DNA of 64,000 bases from assembly GCA_964187785.1 (NCBI GenBank), contig OZ076409.1, positions 22,198,001 through 22,262,000 of the forward strand, given 5' to 3'. This DNA comes from Amphiscolops sp. MND2022. Its lineage: Eukaryota. The notes under the pieces were generated by a model. It saw only the letters and a program-made list of their open reading frames with translations. It ran no database searches and was not told where the DNA came from. A program made the position numbers and the translations under genes. This document shows positions 14,418-26,893 of the stretch, piece after piece; the first letter of the stretch is position 1; every line of letters begins with the position of its first letter.

Positions 14418-14624
14418 TGTCGAACGTCCAATCATAGAGCACAAACCATTGTTTCCTGAAAAATTCCCATCAAAAATCTAACAGCCGGGTCGACCCTCCA
14501 TGGATATCTTAGTAAGATCTTGGCAAGATCTTGCCAAGATCTTGGAAAAATCTTAGCTAAGATCGTGACAAGATATTGCCAAGAATTGCAAGATGCCATG
14601 GTAAGATCTTATCAAGAGAGCCAT

Positions 14625-14766
14625 GTTTCCAAGAAAAATCTTACTAAGAAGCCCAATATGGCAAGAAAAATCTTACTAAGAAGCCCAATATGGCAAGAAA
14701 AATCTTACTAAGAAGCCCAAAATGGCAAGAAAAATCTTACTAAGAAGCCCAATATGGCAAGAAAAA
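14625..14766 (+). repeat. 32-bp minisatellite, about 4.5 copies
   Basis: GCAAGAAAAATCTTACTAAGAAGCCCAATATG recurs with period 32 (14661, 14693...). Confidence 0.9.
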
Positions 14767-15029
14767 AGTGCTACGAACTGCTCGATATCGAGAAAAAGTA
14801 GAACCAGAAAATCATTAAATTAGGAGTTATGTAAAAATAATCTAGACATCACTCAAAACAAAATTACTGAATGATTTTTACCAACCATTTCGATATCGTA
14901 GATACATTATTGTCATTTTGTGAATGAATTGATTTTCATTTGTCGCTCGTAGACTAATTTGGGGATTCCTTTCGAAGCTGTCTTTCAAAAGGTGAAAAAT
15001 TTCTTTGCGCGAATGAACTTCTTCGGCGT

Positions 15030-17450
15030 TCCAATTTCATACTGACCCTGAAAAAACACCCTACATCGTTTTCCATTTCACAGGAATAAGATCTAAAGCC
15101 ACTGAAATAATGAATAAAAGCACAGGAATAAGATCTAAAACCACTGAATTGAGAACCGAATCCACAGCAATATACATGGAATAAGATCTAAAATTCCCCA
15201 ATACGACATTTTCTCCAATTTCAATCGTAAAAAATCAATAAATGGGCACAAATCTGTGTACGTCGGTTCTCATTTTAGTGGTAGAAGATCTAAAGCCATT
15301 GAAATAAGGACTAAAACGGCTGGAAAATCTAAAATTCATCACGACATTCTCTCCAATTTCATACTGAAAACCCCTGAAAAAACCTACGTCGGTTTCCATT
15401 TCACAGGAAGAAGATCTAGAACCACTGAATTGAGAACCGAATCAACAGCAATATACATGGAATAAGATCTAAAATTCCCTAATACATTTTCTCCAATTTC
15501 ATTCGTAAAAAATCAATAAATGGGCACAAATCTGTGTACGTCGGTTCTCATTTTAGTAGTAGAAGATAGAAAGCCATTGGAATAAGGACTAAAACCTGTG
15601 GAAAATCTAAAATCCATCACGACATTTTCTCCAATTTGATACTGAAAACCCCTGAAAAAAACCTACGTCGGTTTCCCTTTCACAGGAAGAAGATCTAGAA
15701 CCACTGAATTGAGAACCGAATCAACAGCAAAATACATGGAATAAGATCTAAAATTCCCTAAAACAATTTCTCCAATTTCATTCGTAAAAAATTTAAAAAA
15801 TGGACTCAAATCTGTGTACGTCGGTTCTCATTTTAGTGGTAGATCTAAAGCCATTGAAATAACGACTAAAACTGCTAGGAAATCTAAAATTCATCACGAC
15901 ATTCTCTCCCATTTCATACTGAAAACCCCTGAAAAAAACCTACGTCGGTTTCCATTTCACAGGAATAAGATCTAACACCACTGAACTGAAAACCGAATCA
16001 ACAGCAATATACATGGAATAAGATCTAAAATTCCCCAATACGACATTTTCTCCAATTTCATTCGTAAAAAATTTAAAAAATGGACTCAAATCTGTGTACG
16101 TCGGTTCTCATTTTAGTGGTAGATCTAAAGCCATTGAAATAACGACTAAAACTGCTAGGAAATCTAAAATTCATCACGACATTCTCTCCCATTTCATACT
16201 GAAAACCCCTGAAAAAAACCTACGTCGGTTTCCATTTCACAGGAATAAGATCTAACACCACTGAACTGAAAACCGAATCAACAGCAATATACATGGAATA
16301 AGATCTAAAATTCCCTAATACATTTTCTCCAATTTCATTCGTAAAAAATTTAAAAAATGGACTCAAATCTGTGTTCGTCGGTTCTCATTTTAGTAGAAGA
16401 TCACGACATTTTCTCCAATTTCATACTGAAAACCCCTGAAAAACACCTACGTCGGTTTCCATTTCACAGGAATAAGATCTAACACCACTGAACTGAAAAC
16501 CGAATCAACAGCAATATACATGGAATAAGATCTAAAATTCCCTAATACATTTTCTCCAATTTCATTCGTAAAAAATTTAAAAAATGGACTCAAATCTGTG
16601 TTCGTCGGTTCTCATTTTAGTAGAAGATCACGACATTTTCTCCAATTTCATACTGAAAACCCCTGAAAAACACCTACGTCGGTTTCCATTTCACAGGAAT
16701 AAGATCTAACACCACTGAACTGAAAACCGAATCAACAGCAATATACATGGAATAAGATCTAAAATTCCCTAATACATTTTCTCCAATTTCATTCGTAAAA
16801 AATTTAAAAAATGGACTCAAATCTGTGTTCGTCGGTTCTCATTTTAGTAGAAGATCACGACATTTTCTCCAATTTCATACTGAAAACCCCTGAAAAACAC
16901 CTACGTCGGTTTCCATTTCACAGGAATAAGATCTAACACCACTGAACTGAAAACCGAATCAACAGCAATATACATGGAATAAGATCTAAAATTCCCTAAT
17001 ACATTTTCTCCAATTTCATTCGTAAAAAATTTAAAAAATGGACTCAAATCTGTGTTCGTCGGTTCTCATTTTAGTAGAAGATCACGACATTTTCTCCAAT
17101 TTCATACTGAAAACCCCTGAAAAACACCTACGTCGGTTTCCATTTCACAGGAATAAGATCTAACACCACTGAACTGAAAACCGAATCAACAGCAATATAC
17201 ATGGAATAAGATCTAAAATTCCCTAATACATTTTCTCCAATTTCATTCGTAAAAAATTTAAAAAATGGACTCAAATCTGTGTTCGTCGGTTCTCATTTTA
17301 GTAGAAGATCACGACATTTTCTCCAATTTCATACTGAAAACCCCTGAAAAAACCTCATACATCGGTTTCCATTTCACAGGAATAAGTTCTAAAGCCACTG
17401 AAATAATGTCCAAAAGCACAGGAATAAGATCTAAAATCACTGGAATAAGG
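15030..17450 (+). repeat. Satellite array: about 278-280-bp units followed by 227-bp units
   Basis: Anchor ATGG(G/A)C(A/T)CAAATCTGTG at 15242, 15520, 15800, 16080, 16357, 16584, 16811, 17038, 17265. Confidence 0.95.
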
Positions 17451-17799
17451 TTTGGATTCACAGAAAATTTGAATCTTTACAGGAAATCAAGGTCCAGCCT
17501 GAGAAATCACGTAAAGACCCGGCAAAAGAATTATCATACGAAAGTAGCTAATTTTAGCACCCTTGATCGAAATTTTGAAATCTTAGAATTTTTTCGATCT
17601 TAGTAAGATTTGATCTTGGAATGATGATACATCTTGGTAAGATCTTAGTAAGAATCTTGCCATGGGATCCATGGCTGCCAAGATGTAGTAAGAATTTGGC
17701 AAGATCTTGCCAAGACAGCCAAGATGCTAGTAAGAGGGTCAACCCGGGAGGACGCACGCTCAGCCAGGGGATACTTTCCGCCCGAATTATTTCACAAAG

Positions 17800-20700
17800 G
17801 CACTTCCTCAAGTCTTGAGAGTAACAGTTAAATGTAACTCGTTGATAATAAGAGTTTGGTATGTAACACTGTATTCTATAGGATCTCATCCTACAAATGA
17901 TACAATAATAGCTTACAGTGCTGGTAGGTATTTTATGTAATGAGATTAAAGGTCATAAAGTTACAAAATATGCAGTAATGTGACCTCGAAATGTAGATTA
18001 ATATCACATTGTCCCCCTTTGGGGTAGTTGTATTTACATGCGTATAAAGAAATGGAGCCGTACAATTTCATATGTGCAACTAATGAAGTCGCATCAATGC
18101 ATAACAAACAACCGGGTTTGTTGAATAAGTGAGCGGATTTTCCGCAAGTACCTTGTTGAGTTTCTCTCATCGAACGATTCATCCTGTTTGGTTCCCTCTC
18201 TCGCCGTCAAATTTTCTTCATTCTTGCGACTGGTCAGCTTGTATGTTTATTTTCCTGATGGTGTTTACTGCGTAAATTGATGTGTTATTGGGTTACCGAG
18301 TTTAACATTGTGATTACTGGATCTTAATCTAGAAGATCTCATTTGTGGATTTGTACTTTCGGTTTTCTAGTAACCCAGTTTTCATTATATTTTCAATACC
18401 GTTGTTGTCAAATATCGTTATCGTGTTTGGATCATCGTTGATTCTTGCTAGTGCTGGTTCTAATTGTTTGTCGCTCATGTTTTCCATATGCCTTCTGAAG
18501 TTGACATCTCCAGGGGTGTTGGCATCACTGTTCCTGAATAAATTTCGTCGGTCACGTCTCGTTTGGATACAGGATGTAAACTCAAAGCTTGTTACTGTTT
18601 GCTAGCTCAAGGTGTCTGGCAGTGGTGTGCTTTGTCTTGCTTCGGGATGCTTGGTTAGACCTGCTTGCTCTTCTTCTTTTTCAGTGTCTGTCCTTATTGG
18701 TAAGAAGATGATCAGCAAAAACCGTCTATCAGTCCCCGCCTTTTCTCCTCCTCATCGTGATAAAGGATTCGGAAACAATTTTGGCAACGGATTGCTTATT
18801 CGTTCACTATCTATTGTTTTGTGTACATCTGTGGTTATAGTATGTTTTGTTCCAGCAATTGCTGTTTGTGGTCTTGTTTCATATTCACTCTCAAACTTGT
18901 TTTCTGTTCTGTTTTTTATCAGAGAATTTTAGTCTGCGGGTTGTCTTCACTACTAGCTGGTGGTATTCCCCTTCTCCATTCGTGAAGGTACACTGATGTG
19001 TTTCCGGTTTGATTGAAACATATTTATCAACATTAGTTGGTAAATTTAACTAGCTGTTCAACGCCGTTTGTGACATTCTGCCTTAGTGTCTTTCGAACGA
19101 TGTTTCGTTCACTTTTGAAAGGATGGTTGTTCGCATTACTATTTAGGACCGGTTTAGTGCTTTCTTTAAACTGCACTTGTCATCCAACTTTGTTCAAATC
19201 AGGTCTTGTACCGTTTTTACTCCCCGTTCTTTTAATCCGGTATGTTTGGCGTACTGAATGTTAACTCTGGTAAATGCGGTTTCTGTATCAGTTGTGACTG
19301 TTTTTAGTCGGCGCATTTTAGTAGAAAATGTGCCCGACTATTACAGTGGGTAGTTTTTTTTAGACACGAAAGGTCCACTTTTTTGTTCATTTGTTCAACA
19401 ACCTCAAACTTCAACAACTTCAAACCTCAACATCTCCAACCTCAGAAGCGCGTCCAAAACGAAAGGAAAAAAACAAAACAGACGTCCACAACCTCGAAAA
19501 CACACCTTAGCCCCACTTTTTTCAGCACTTTTTTCGAAGTTTTTTGGATTGCACCAGAGGGTCCCCCCTTCATTTGTTTCGATATTTTGCAACACAATGG
19601 ATGTCAAAAAACGCAAAGTGTCCCCCCTTTTACATTTTTCGGCACTGTGACACTGTTGAAATATCTCATTTAAAAAAAATTTTGGGAATTTTTTTCATGT
19701 CTGCAAAGGGTCCCCCCTTCATTTTTTTTCAAAATTTTTGCAACCAGCTGGAGTTTCACAAAGCCCCTTTTAAATTTTGAGCCTTAGATATGGTACCGAC
19801 TTTGGCCGTTCTCGGCTCGTTAGTTTTCCGTTTAGAATGATATTTTGTTCCAAGGCAGTTTTTGCCGCCCGTCCGGTCGGTGCTTTGCATTTAATTGCCA
19901 CTGGGCATCTACTACTGCAGTCCATTGACCCTTTTTCTGAAATTCTTGATCAGGTTGGCGTTTTGAACTTGTGTTGATACAAAAGCACTACGTTTATTTC
20001 GTGTGTTATTGTTCGCTTGTGGTTCTTTCACGTGTTTTACTTTCTGTTGGCTCTTTTATTTGATGCTACGCTGTTGTTTATTCCGTTTGTGCTGTTGTCT
20101 TCTTTCCATCGATGTTGCTGCCATGATTGTTAATGAACTTCAGTATTGGTATTGTGGCAATTAATTACGTACTGTTCGTAACAGATATTTCTCGGCTCTG
20201 ATTTGGGGGCATTTCTGCTTCGATTCTTGGTTAAATTTAGAAGTGTACCACCAATGTGCTTTATTTCTATACCATAGTGTGTCAATCTTTCTAGCTATCT
20301 CGGTAATCTTGTAGAGTACGTTTGTTTGATTTGTTGCTTTTGATCATTGTCTCGAGGGTTTGGTGATCAGTTGATAGTTCGAATGACTTTCCGTAAATGT
20401 GTAGTCAGAAGCGCTCCAAACTCCAAACAACTGCCAGTAGCTCCAGATCATTCATTGGCCTAAATCTTCTTCGTAATCGATAAGAATCTCCTTGCGAATC
20501 CGATCAGTTTCCAGTTGCCGCTTTTTTGGCTCTGCCATGATTTTGCTCCCAATCGTTTTGCAGATAGGTTTTCGATATACTGTCTAGCACCCAGGAAAGA
20601 TATAAACTCTGTTTCGTTTTTCGGTGTTTTTTTCTTTGTAATTGCTTTTAACTAGTCTTGTAGAGGTCTGATTCCGTTCTGATTTAGTTTGTGTACCACC

Positions 20701-23000
20701 CATTTAGGTTTGTTTTGAAAGTTCGCATTGCTTTTGATGTGATCAATAGCTTGCTTCTTCAAGTTTTTTATCGTTTCTTTCACACTGAGTTCATGTTCTT
20801 CCACACTCCTTTTGGTTATTATGTCGTCTAGCCATGCGGGGTGATTGAAATCGAGTTTTTTATCTATTTGCTTTTGAAAAATTGTTGTGTCCACCAGTCC
20901 GTGGACTTTTTTCAGCAAACAGTAATATCCAGTGATTATTCTTCTAGTCAAAATGAAGCTGCATAAAGTTTTTGTTTGTTCGTAAAAATTGATCTTGCCA
21001 CAGGCGTAATGAAAATCTAGTTTGGTTATCCAGATTCCGCCATTGTTTTCTTCTGAAATTTTCGCTGATCTTCGTAATACTAGTTCCTCCATGTTTGGCA
21101 TTTGAGTTTATCTTTTGATTGTCGCTCCGTTGAGTTTTCTTGGGACCGAGGTTGGTTTCATCTATTTACCTTTCTTGTATTTACTGTGGAGCTCACAAAA
21201 ATATCTTTCGTTGTTTCACTTGCTTTTTCCAGTTGGACTTTTTAAAAGTCGTTCTACCTTCTCTGCTACTTCGTTTTCTAGGTGAATTATCTTTGCCTCC
21301 TCCTTCAGGTTAAGTTTTACCGACAGGGTTTTTTCGTTGTTGTTGTAGGTTTTTCCATATAAAGATTTTCGGTCCTGTCTCGTCCATTTTTGTGTTGTGT
21401 TTTTTGATGTTTTTGATTGTCGTATTAATTGTTATTCTGAGCCGCTTCTTCCAATCTAGACCCAATAACGATGCTGTGTTTGCTTTTGTAATTAGTAGCG
21501 ATGCTTGAACTATGTTGTTGTTTGTTTCCAATGTTGCTTTCGTTTGTCGGATGACTTCAATTTTATTGTAACTCACGTCCTTGAGTTCGGTATTTGAGAT
21601 ATTGTTGAAAAGGCGTTGGGGTATTAGTGTCACCCTAGGCTAGGTGATAGTGACCCTCCTTGTTTTGCTTCTGTTTACATTTTGGGATTTTTTTAAAATT
21701 CAAATTTTCTTCTTCGACTGATGATGACACTGTATCTACCTGTTGCGTTTTTTTGAGGAGTCTATACATCTCATAACTTTTTTCCATAAATTTTTGTACA
21801 ATTTCTGTAAATTACTGTACAATTTCTGCCACTTTTTTCACAATTTCTGTAATCGATCGTTCTGGCTGGTCATATATGCTGTCTGGTCCAGTTTGGAGAC
21901 CCACACGGCCCGTAGCGGTTTTCCTTACATTTTACCTTCTAGTATTCCGAATGTCTTTTGCTCCATTCAGGTGGGGATATTTCTGACGACTTTTTTCTGA
22001 GGTTTTTCCTGAATGTGCTTCATTTTTGTTCCACTGTTTGAATTATTTGAATCGTTCATTGTTCGGTCATACTTATATTCATGGATTGTGTCTGTTATCG
22101 TTTTCTGCTTTTTCGGATCTTTTTCTTCATCTTCGGTTGACCCATCAATTATAGGAATTTTGAGGCTATTAGCTTGTGTGACATTATCAACTTCATATTT
22201 CTTCTCGAATTGCTATTCTCCACTGTCCAGACATCCTCCGTTGTTTCATTTGACTCTTGCACAAATCCGACGAAGTCGGGTCCACTATGGAATTTGTTTC
22301 TCTCCGGAAGGAATTACGTCGGAATAACTATAATTTTTGGTTTATATTAATTTTGTTCGGGTCATTATCCCCCACTGCTTTTGTCATCTCAGTCACAGCT
22401 GCTTCTCCCAGTGCTCAAAAGAATGTGCCGTTTATTCTTGTTTCCAATTTCCTGTTCGTCTTTGAATTCGGTTATAATTTCTTCATCCGTTGTAATCGTA
22501 TTTAGATCGATGTTCTGTCTCATTTGGACGTATTGGATAAGTTTTCTCCATTGCTTCGCCACTTTAACGGTCCTCTTCTCGAATACCGGCAGTGTAGTTT
22601 TTTGGTGAGTTTTTGTTCTTCCTTTTTTGTCTCTCCTGATTCCTCACACTTGGGTGCCTCCCTTTTTAACATTGGTATGATTTTTCTCCTCTCTGGGAGT
22701 GCACATGTTCTTGTTTTGTGTTTAACCTTCGTAATTTGCCTCCGTAATCGTCAATTGTCCTGAATTTCTCCCTTTATATGCCGCGCGTAGGGTCAGTTGC
22801 ATTTGTGGAATCATTTTTTCGTTCGATTCAAAGCTTTTTTGGTTCTGTGCGTTTACAGTATCCATGAGATATAATTTTTGTCAACCTGTGCTTCATTTCC
22901 CCAAAAACAAGTTCATCTGTTTGCCTGTCCGTCTGCAGAGACTTTGAGTTCCCTCCTATTTTATTTCCGGTTTCTCTTCTTGCTCTTTCCGGAAAGGAAC
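17800..23000 (-). mobile_element. Highly degenerate Ty3/Gypsy retrotransposon (gag-PR-RT-RNaseH-IN relics)
   Basis: Minus-strand relics: gag about 21850-22680; protease SLLGLDW (21310-21633); RT MPNMEELV...WITKLDF..A...PAWLDDII (20652-21101); RNase H ELLAVVWSLERF...STDHQTL near 20350-20450; boundaries approximate. Confidence 0.75.
19301..19821 (+). mobile_element. DINE-1/Helentron-like repeat inserted in the Gypsy relic
   Basis: TTTTTAGTCGGCGC start, GGGTCCCCCC blocks, end GAGCCTTAGATATGGTACCGACTTTGGCCGTTCTCGGCTCGTT. Confidence 0.75.
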
Positions 23001-23407
23001 TTGTTCTATTCTCCTTCAAGGTCTCGTCAATTTTTAGGTCATGTCCATTAGGTCAGACATTTTCCGTCCTATTTTCAAGTTTTTTTCCCAACATGGTTCC
23101 ACTTGCTATTTCCTAACATAACAACCATGTTTTCAATTTTGATCATCATGTCAAGTTCGAAGAACGTACTGACACGTTGCTTTTACTTTCTTGTTGAATT
23201 CATATATACTCACAATTGAGTATACTCACAAAAAATGGAATTGTGATTTTCAAATATTATAATTGAGGTCAAAACGAGTTGTTCACATCTCTTACTAATT
23301 TCAATAACTTGAACTGAAACTTGTTGAAATTTTGAATTAGTTTCATAACGAAAACGGAAGTTGTAAATTACCAGCAACTTTTGGCTCTAAAATACACTGA
23401 ATTAGGA

Positions 23408-23967
23408 AACAAGACGGGAACGGCCCAAATCGGCGCCATATCTAAGGCTCAAAAATAGCAAAAGGACTTCAATGTGTCAAGTATTCTCTTCTACAGTACC
23501 CGCGTGAGAAAAAAATTGAAAAAAAATCCCGAATTTTTTGAAATTTCTTTTCGAAATTTTTTTCGAAATCTTTTGGTCTCCGGTAAGTCGCATAGTGCCG
23601 AAAAATGTAAAAGGGGGTCCTTTGGGAGTTTTTGAACATCCATTTGTTTGCAAAATAGGAAAAAAATGAAGGGGGGGACCCTTTGGAGACATTTAAAAAA
23701 TTTGCGAAGAAAAGTCTCACCAAGCAGAAAAAACCTGCACAAAAAAACTTTTGGTAATGGGCGGGACTCGAACCCACGTCCTTCAGCTTGGCAGACATCA
23801 AAAACTATCCTAATTAACCTCTATGCTAAGTGGCAGTAGAAGTTACAAGTGTGGCAGTTAGTGGACGCAGCTTAGAAAGCTTATGAAATCTGTCACTTCG
23901 TTGGTCTTAAAAAAAGAAAAGTCACTGCTATAGTCTGCGTTTTCTACGAAAAGCGCCGACTAAAAAA
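23408..23967 (-). mobile_element. DINE-1/Helentron-like repeat carrying a tRNA-derived segment
   Basis: AACAAGACGGGAACGGCCCAAATCGGCGCC...AAAAGCGCCGACTAAAAA (reverse orientation of the family). Confidence 0.8.
23752..23830 (-). pseudogene. tRNA-Gly(GCC)-like relic with A box, B box and 3' CCA
   Basis: Minus strand TAGCATAGAGG ... GTCTGCCAAGCTGAAGGACGTGGGTTCGAGTCCCGCCCATTACCA; resembles the 3' half of eukaryotic tRNA-Gly; 5' half does not fold. Confidence 0.6.
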
Positions 23968-24270
23968 TCATTAATTGAAATGATGTTATCATTAAAAAAT
24001 CCTTAATGAACGTCATGTTGCTAAAAATAGATTTATTTGGTGACATGATTTCCAAGAATAGCTGACGTCACAGTGTCCAGAACGTCACTCAATTGTGTTA
24101 TCATTGCATTTTTAAATACAAAACCTATTTTACATGCATCTGTGAGCTACACTACATGTATGTATCATGAAATATTCAACTCCATTTTTTGAATGTAAGT
24201 TCAGTTTTTGCAACATGACGTTCATTAATGATTTTTTAATGATATCGTCATTCCAATTAATGATTTTTTA
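23962..24270. mobile_element. MITE-like foldback with about 65-bp imperfect TIRs
   Basis: AAAAATCATTAATTGAAATGA...AATGAACGTCATGTTGC versus GCAACATGACGTTCATTAATG...CAATTAATGATTTTT. Confidence 0.7.
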
Positions 24271-24322
24271 ATGATTAATCTCATTAAATGAAACCAAAAA
24301 TGCACATGCGTATACATACACA

Positions 24323-24404
24323 TTATTCTGATCAAATTCTGTGGAACAGCGATGTGATCAGTATACTGATCACATCGCTGTTCCACAGAATTTGATTAGA
24401 ATAA
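24323..24404. repeat. 82-bp spacer-less palindrome (one mismatch)
   Basis: Arms of 41 bp centred on GTA|TAC (24363/24364). Confidence 0.95.
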
Positions 24405-24490
24405 ATAACTATGAGCATAATTGACAAAGAAGTTGTATAATTAAAGCAACGGATACATACAAGCACTCAAATAACGGAATTTTGAACAAA

Positions 24491-25373
24491 AACAAGCCGC
24501 GAACGTCCTAAGTGGGCGCCCGGCTCAATGTTCAAAATTGGGGCCAAAAATGCCCGAAAGACTTCCCTTGGAATTCGAAAATAGTTTTTTTTTCTGAACT
24601 GAGACTCAAAAATAGCTTTTTCTAAAATGAAAACTTCAGAAATATGTATATGTTTATCAAAATTCAAAACTTTTCTTCGTTCAAACAAAAGTCTCATAGT
24701 CCCGAAAAACTCAAGAGACGAGACTCTTTTTTGAATACGTAAAGGGAGACAATTGTCAAAATTATTTACTGAGCCAGAGAACACCCGAAGGAATACCCAT
24801 TAAACTTGAAGTCAGAAAAATTGGAAACATCAGAAAACTCAATTTTTTGAAAGAAAAATCGGAAATTTTTACTACGGAAAAAATCTCAAACTGCTGAAAA
24901 ACGAGCTTTAAGCTCGCAAAACGCTTTTTCAAAACCGATACTTTCAATAAAAATAAAGAATTACCCTTTGACCGAAAAAAAAGTCGCATAGATCCGAAAA
25001 ACATAGGCCTTTTCCACAAGTATCGAAAAAACTAATCAGTCACACACGACCAAACAATAACCGAAGATGTTAACCAAAAGGCTTTGAAAACGAATTTGCT
25101 TGATAGACAACCTCAAAATTTCGAGTGAGAAAATAAGTCGCATAGTACCGCAAAAAAAACCATAGAGGGGAGGGACCCTTTGGTCTTTTATCCACCTTTG
25201 CAAAAAAAATGTCACGCGCCGAAAAAACGCAGAAGGCACACTTTGGGCTTTTTATCATCCAGTTAGTTGCAGAAAATCCAAATAACCAAAAAAGGAACTC
25301 TATGGCGACATCAAAAGTTTCGGAAAAAGTCCCACAATGCCAAAAAATCAATCAAACCAAAGTTTCTGAGTTG
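24491..25373 (-). mobile_element. DINE-1/Helentron-like repeat, long diverged copy
   Basis: 3' end AACAAGCCGCGAACGTCCTAAGTGGGCGCC; repeated AAGTCGCATAGT(A/C)CCG blocks. Confidence 0.6.
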
Positions 25374-25378
25374 TCTAA

Positions 25379-26888
25379 TGTCACGGGCTGAGCCTGTGAC
25401 GGAATGGTATATCAGATTGGCCCGAAGGAAGACGACAGTAACCCCGGACCGGGGGTGCTCCCGGTTTAGGAAATACACTAAAACATTCCCTATTATATTA
25501 CAAACAAAAAGTTGATGTGATTTTGTTTATTAGTCTAATTCTGCAGTTACTTTAACATACGAGTGCAATTTTTTACGATTCTGACCTAAGGTCATTTTAA
25601 CGGCATGAAAGTACCTTTTATATTTTTTTCTATATTTGTTGCAAATTACTGGCGCTTACTAGTATCAAAACGTGCAAGCTTGTTATTGGATTGATTTGTT
25701 AATTAGGTATTTAACAACAGTAACAGGTTAGAAAATAACTGAGTATCTCTACGTAAGAAAATACGCGTTCAACTGATACGTTATTGCCGTTCAGTTGACG
25801 CGTTGTCAGTTAATTTCAACCAATCACGGCGCTACTATTATTAGTACATTAGTGCAGTCATGCGGACATTAGGTCCAATTATTTAGTAAAGGCCAAATAT
25901 AACATTCAGATGCATCAAATGTTGCTATTTTCATATATTCGTTAGTACTAGTTTTGTTGTTGCTCCTATTTATAGATTAGCGGACATGTGACGTAATGTT
26001 TCACGTCACCCTACTTTCTATTTATAGCAGACATTATGTCATATCTAGGATGTTGCTATTTTGTTAATGATGTCATTTCTATTTCTACTCTCTGACACCC
26101 AAAATATTGAGTTTCATGGTGGCGAAAGCATATGAGCAAATTGATGTTCCAAGATTCATTCAATACTATCGTTGTGATATAGATAACACTGTTGTGAAAC
26201 TCAAACTTGTTGTTAATTTACTGTTGAAACGCTACATTCCTATTGATATGCTTTCAACCAGAAATCAGAAAGCAAAAGAAAAGCGTTCAAGTCAATTTGA
26301 CGCAATGTCAGATATTGAGAATTTTGATGTAATGTTAGGAAATTACCATGATGGTGTGATTAGAGATCAAGAGAATGTTGAGGGTTGTGGACCTAGAATC
26401 TGAAAAACAGCAGCAAAATACTAGCTGTTTTGATAAAATATACAGGTTCTTTTTGAACACTAACTTAAGTGAAAACAGTGAAATCACTGCGGAAACAAGT
26501 AGAATGGGCAATTCAGAGATTTCGTTCCAAATGTCAAAAAAACTTGAAGAAGTGAAATCAGTCTTAAATTCTCATATTTTGGAAGTAATTAATTCTGCAA
26601 TTGAAGAGAAAATACTTCCAAGTATAGAAAACGCGGCAGCAAGCAATGAAGCAGCCAAAACCACAAAATGGGACCTTCGGTCAGATGGACGGCATCCAAG
26701 TAAAGCCGATCAAACAACTCTGAAATTCGACCCTAAGTCACAAATACTGCAAAAGAACAAGCTTAACCAACTAACTCAGGATTCCAGGGGAGATTTACCC
26801 AGGTTGATTGCAACTAGTAGTAACCAAAATAATCACTATAGCGAGATTTTAGTGGATTCTGATCAGAGTGATGAAGATGGTTACGACA
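25379..26888 (+). mobile_element. Solo LTR (1510 bp) with 5-bp TSD TCTAA
   Basis: TCTAA|TGTCACG ... TACGACA|TCTAA; TGTC...GACA termini. Confidence 0.8.
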
Positions 26889-26893
26889 TCTAA
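26248..26893 (+). pseudogene. Frameshifted ORF inside the solo LTR (putative gag/ORF1 N-terminus)
   Basis: MLSTRNQKAKEKRS..MSDIENFDVMLG joined by a frameshift to ...ILEVINSAIEEKILPSIE...DEDGYD; the stop codon comes from the flanking TSD. Confidence 0.55.

Larger units (their letters stand above)
14484..17748. mobile_element. Non-autonomous TIR element inflated by internal tandem arrays
   Basis: GCCGGGTCGACCCTC near 14484 versus GAGGGTCAACCCGGG (17734-17748); shared AAGATCTTGGCAAG sub-terminal motifs at both ends. Confidence 0.7.

Noticed and set aside
14141..14444. ORFs across the N run
   Set aside because: Artefacts of the assembly gap
14625..14766. CRISPR-like 32-bp repeats
   Set aside because: Head-to-tail units without unique spacers, no cas genes, eukaryotic context
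18345..19264. Hydrophobic plus-strand ORFs (also 21743-22763 and 4034-4994)
   Set aside because: T-rich antisense strand of A-rich Gypsy coding sequence
23752..23830. Functional tRNA gene
   Set aside because: Acceptor and D stems do not pair, and it is embedded in a repeat
23469..23839. Overlapping ORFs with KGPPF motifs (also near 19400-19780 and 53100-53300)
   Set aside because: Chance frames in the Helentron-like repeat
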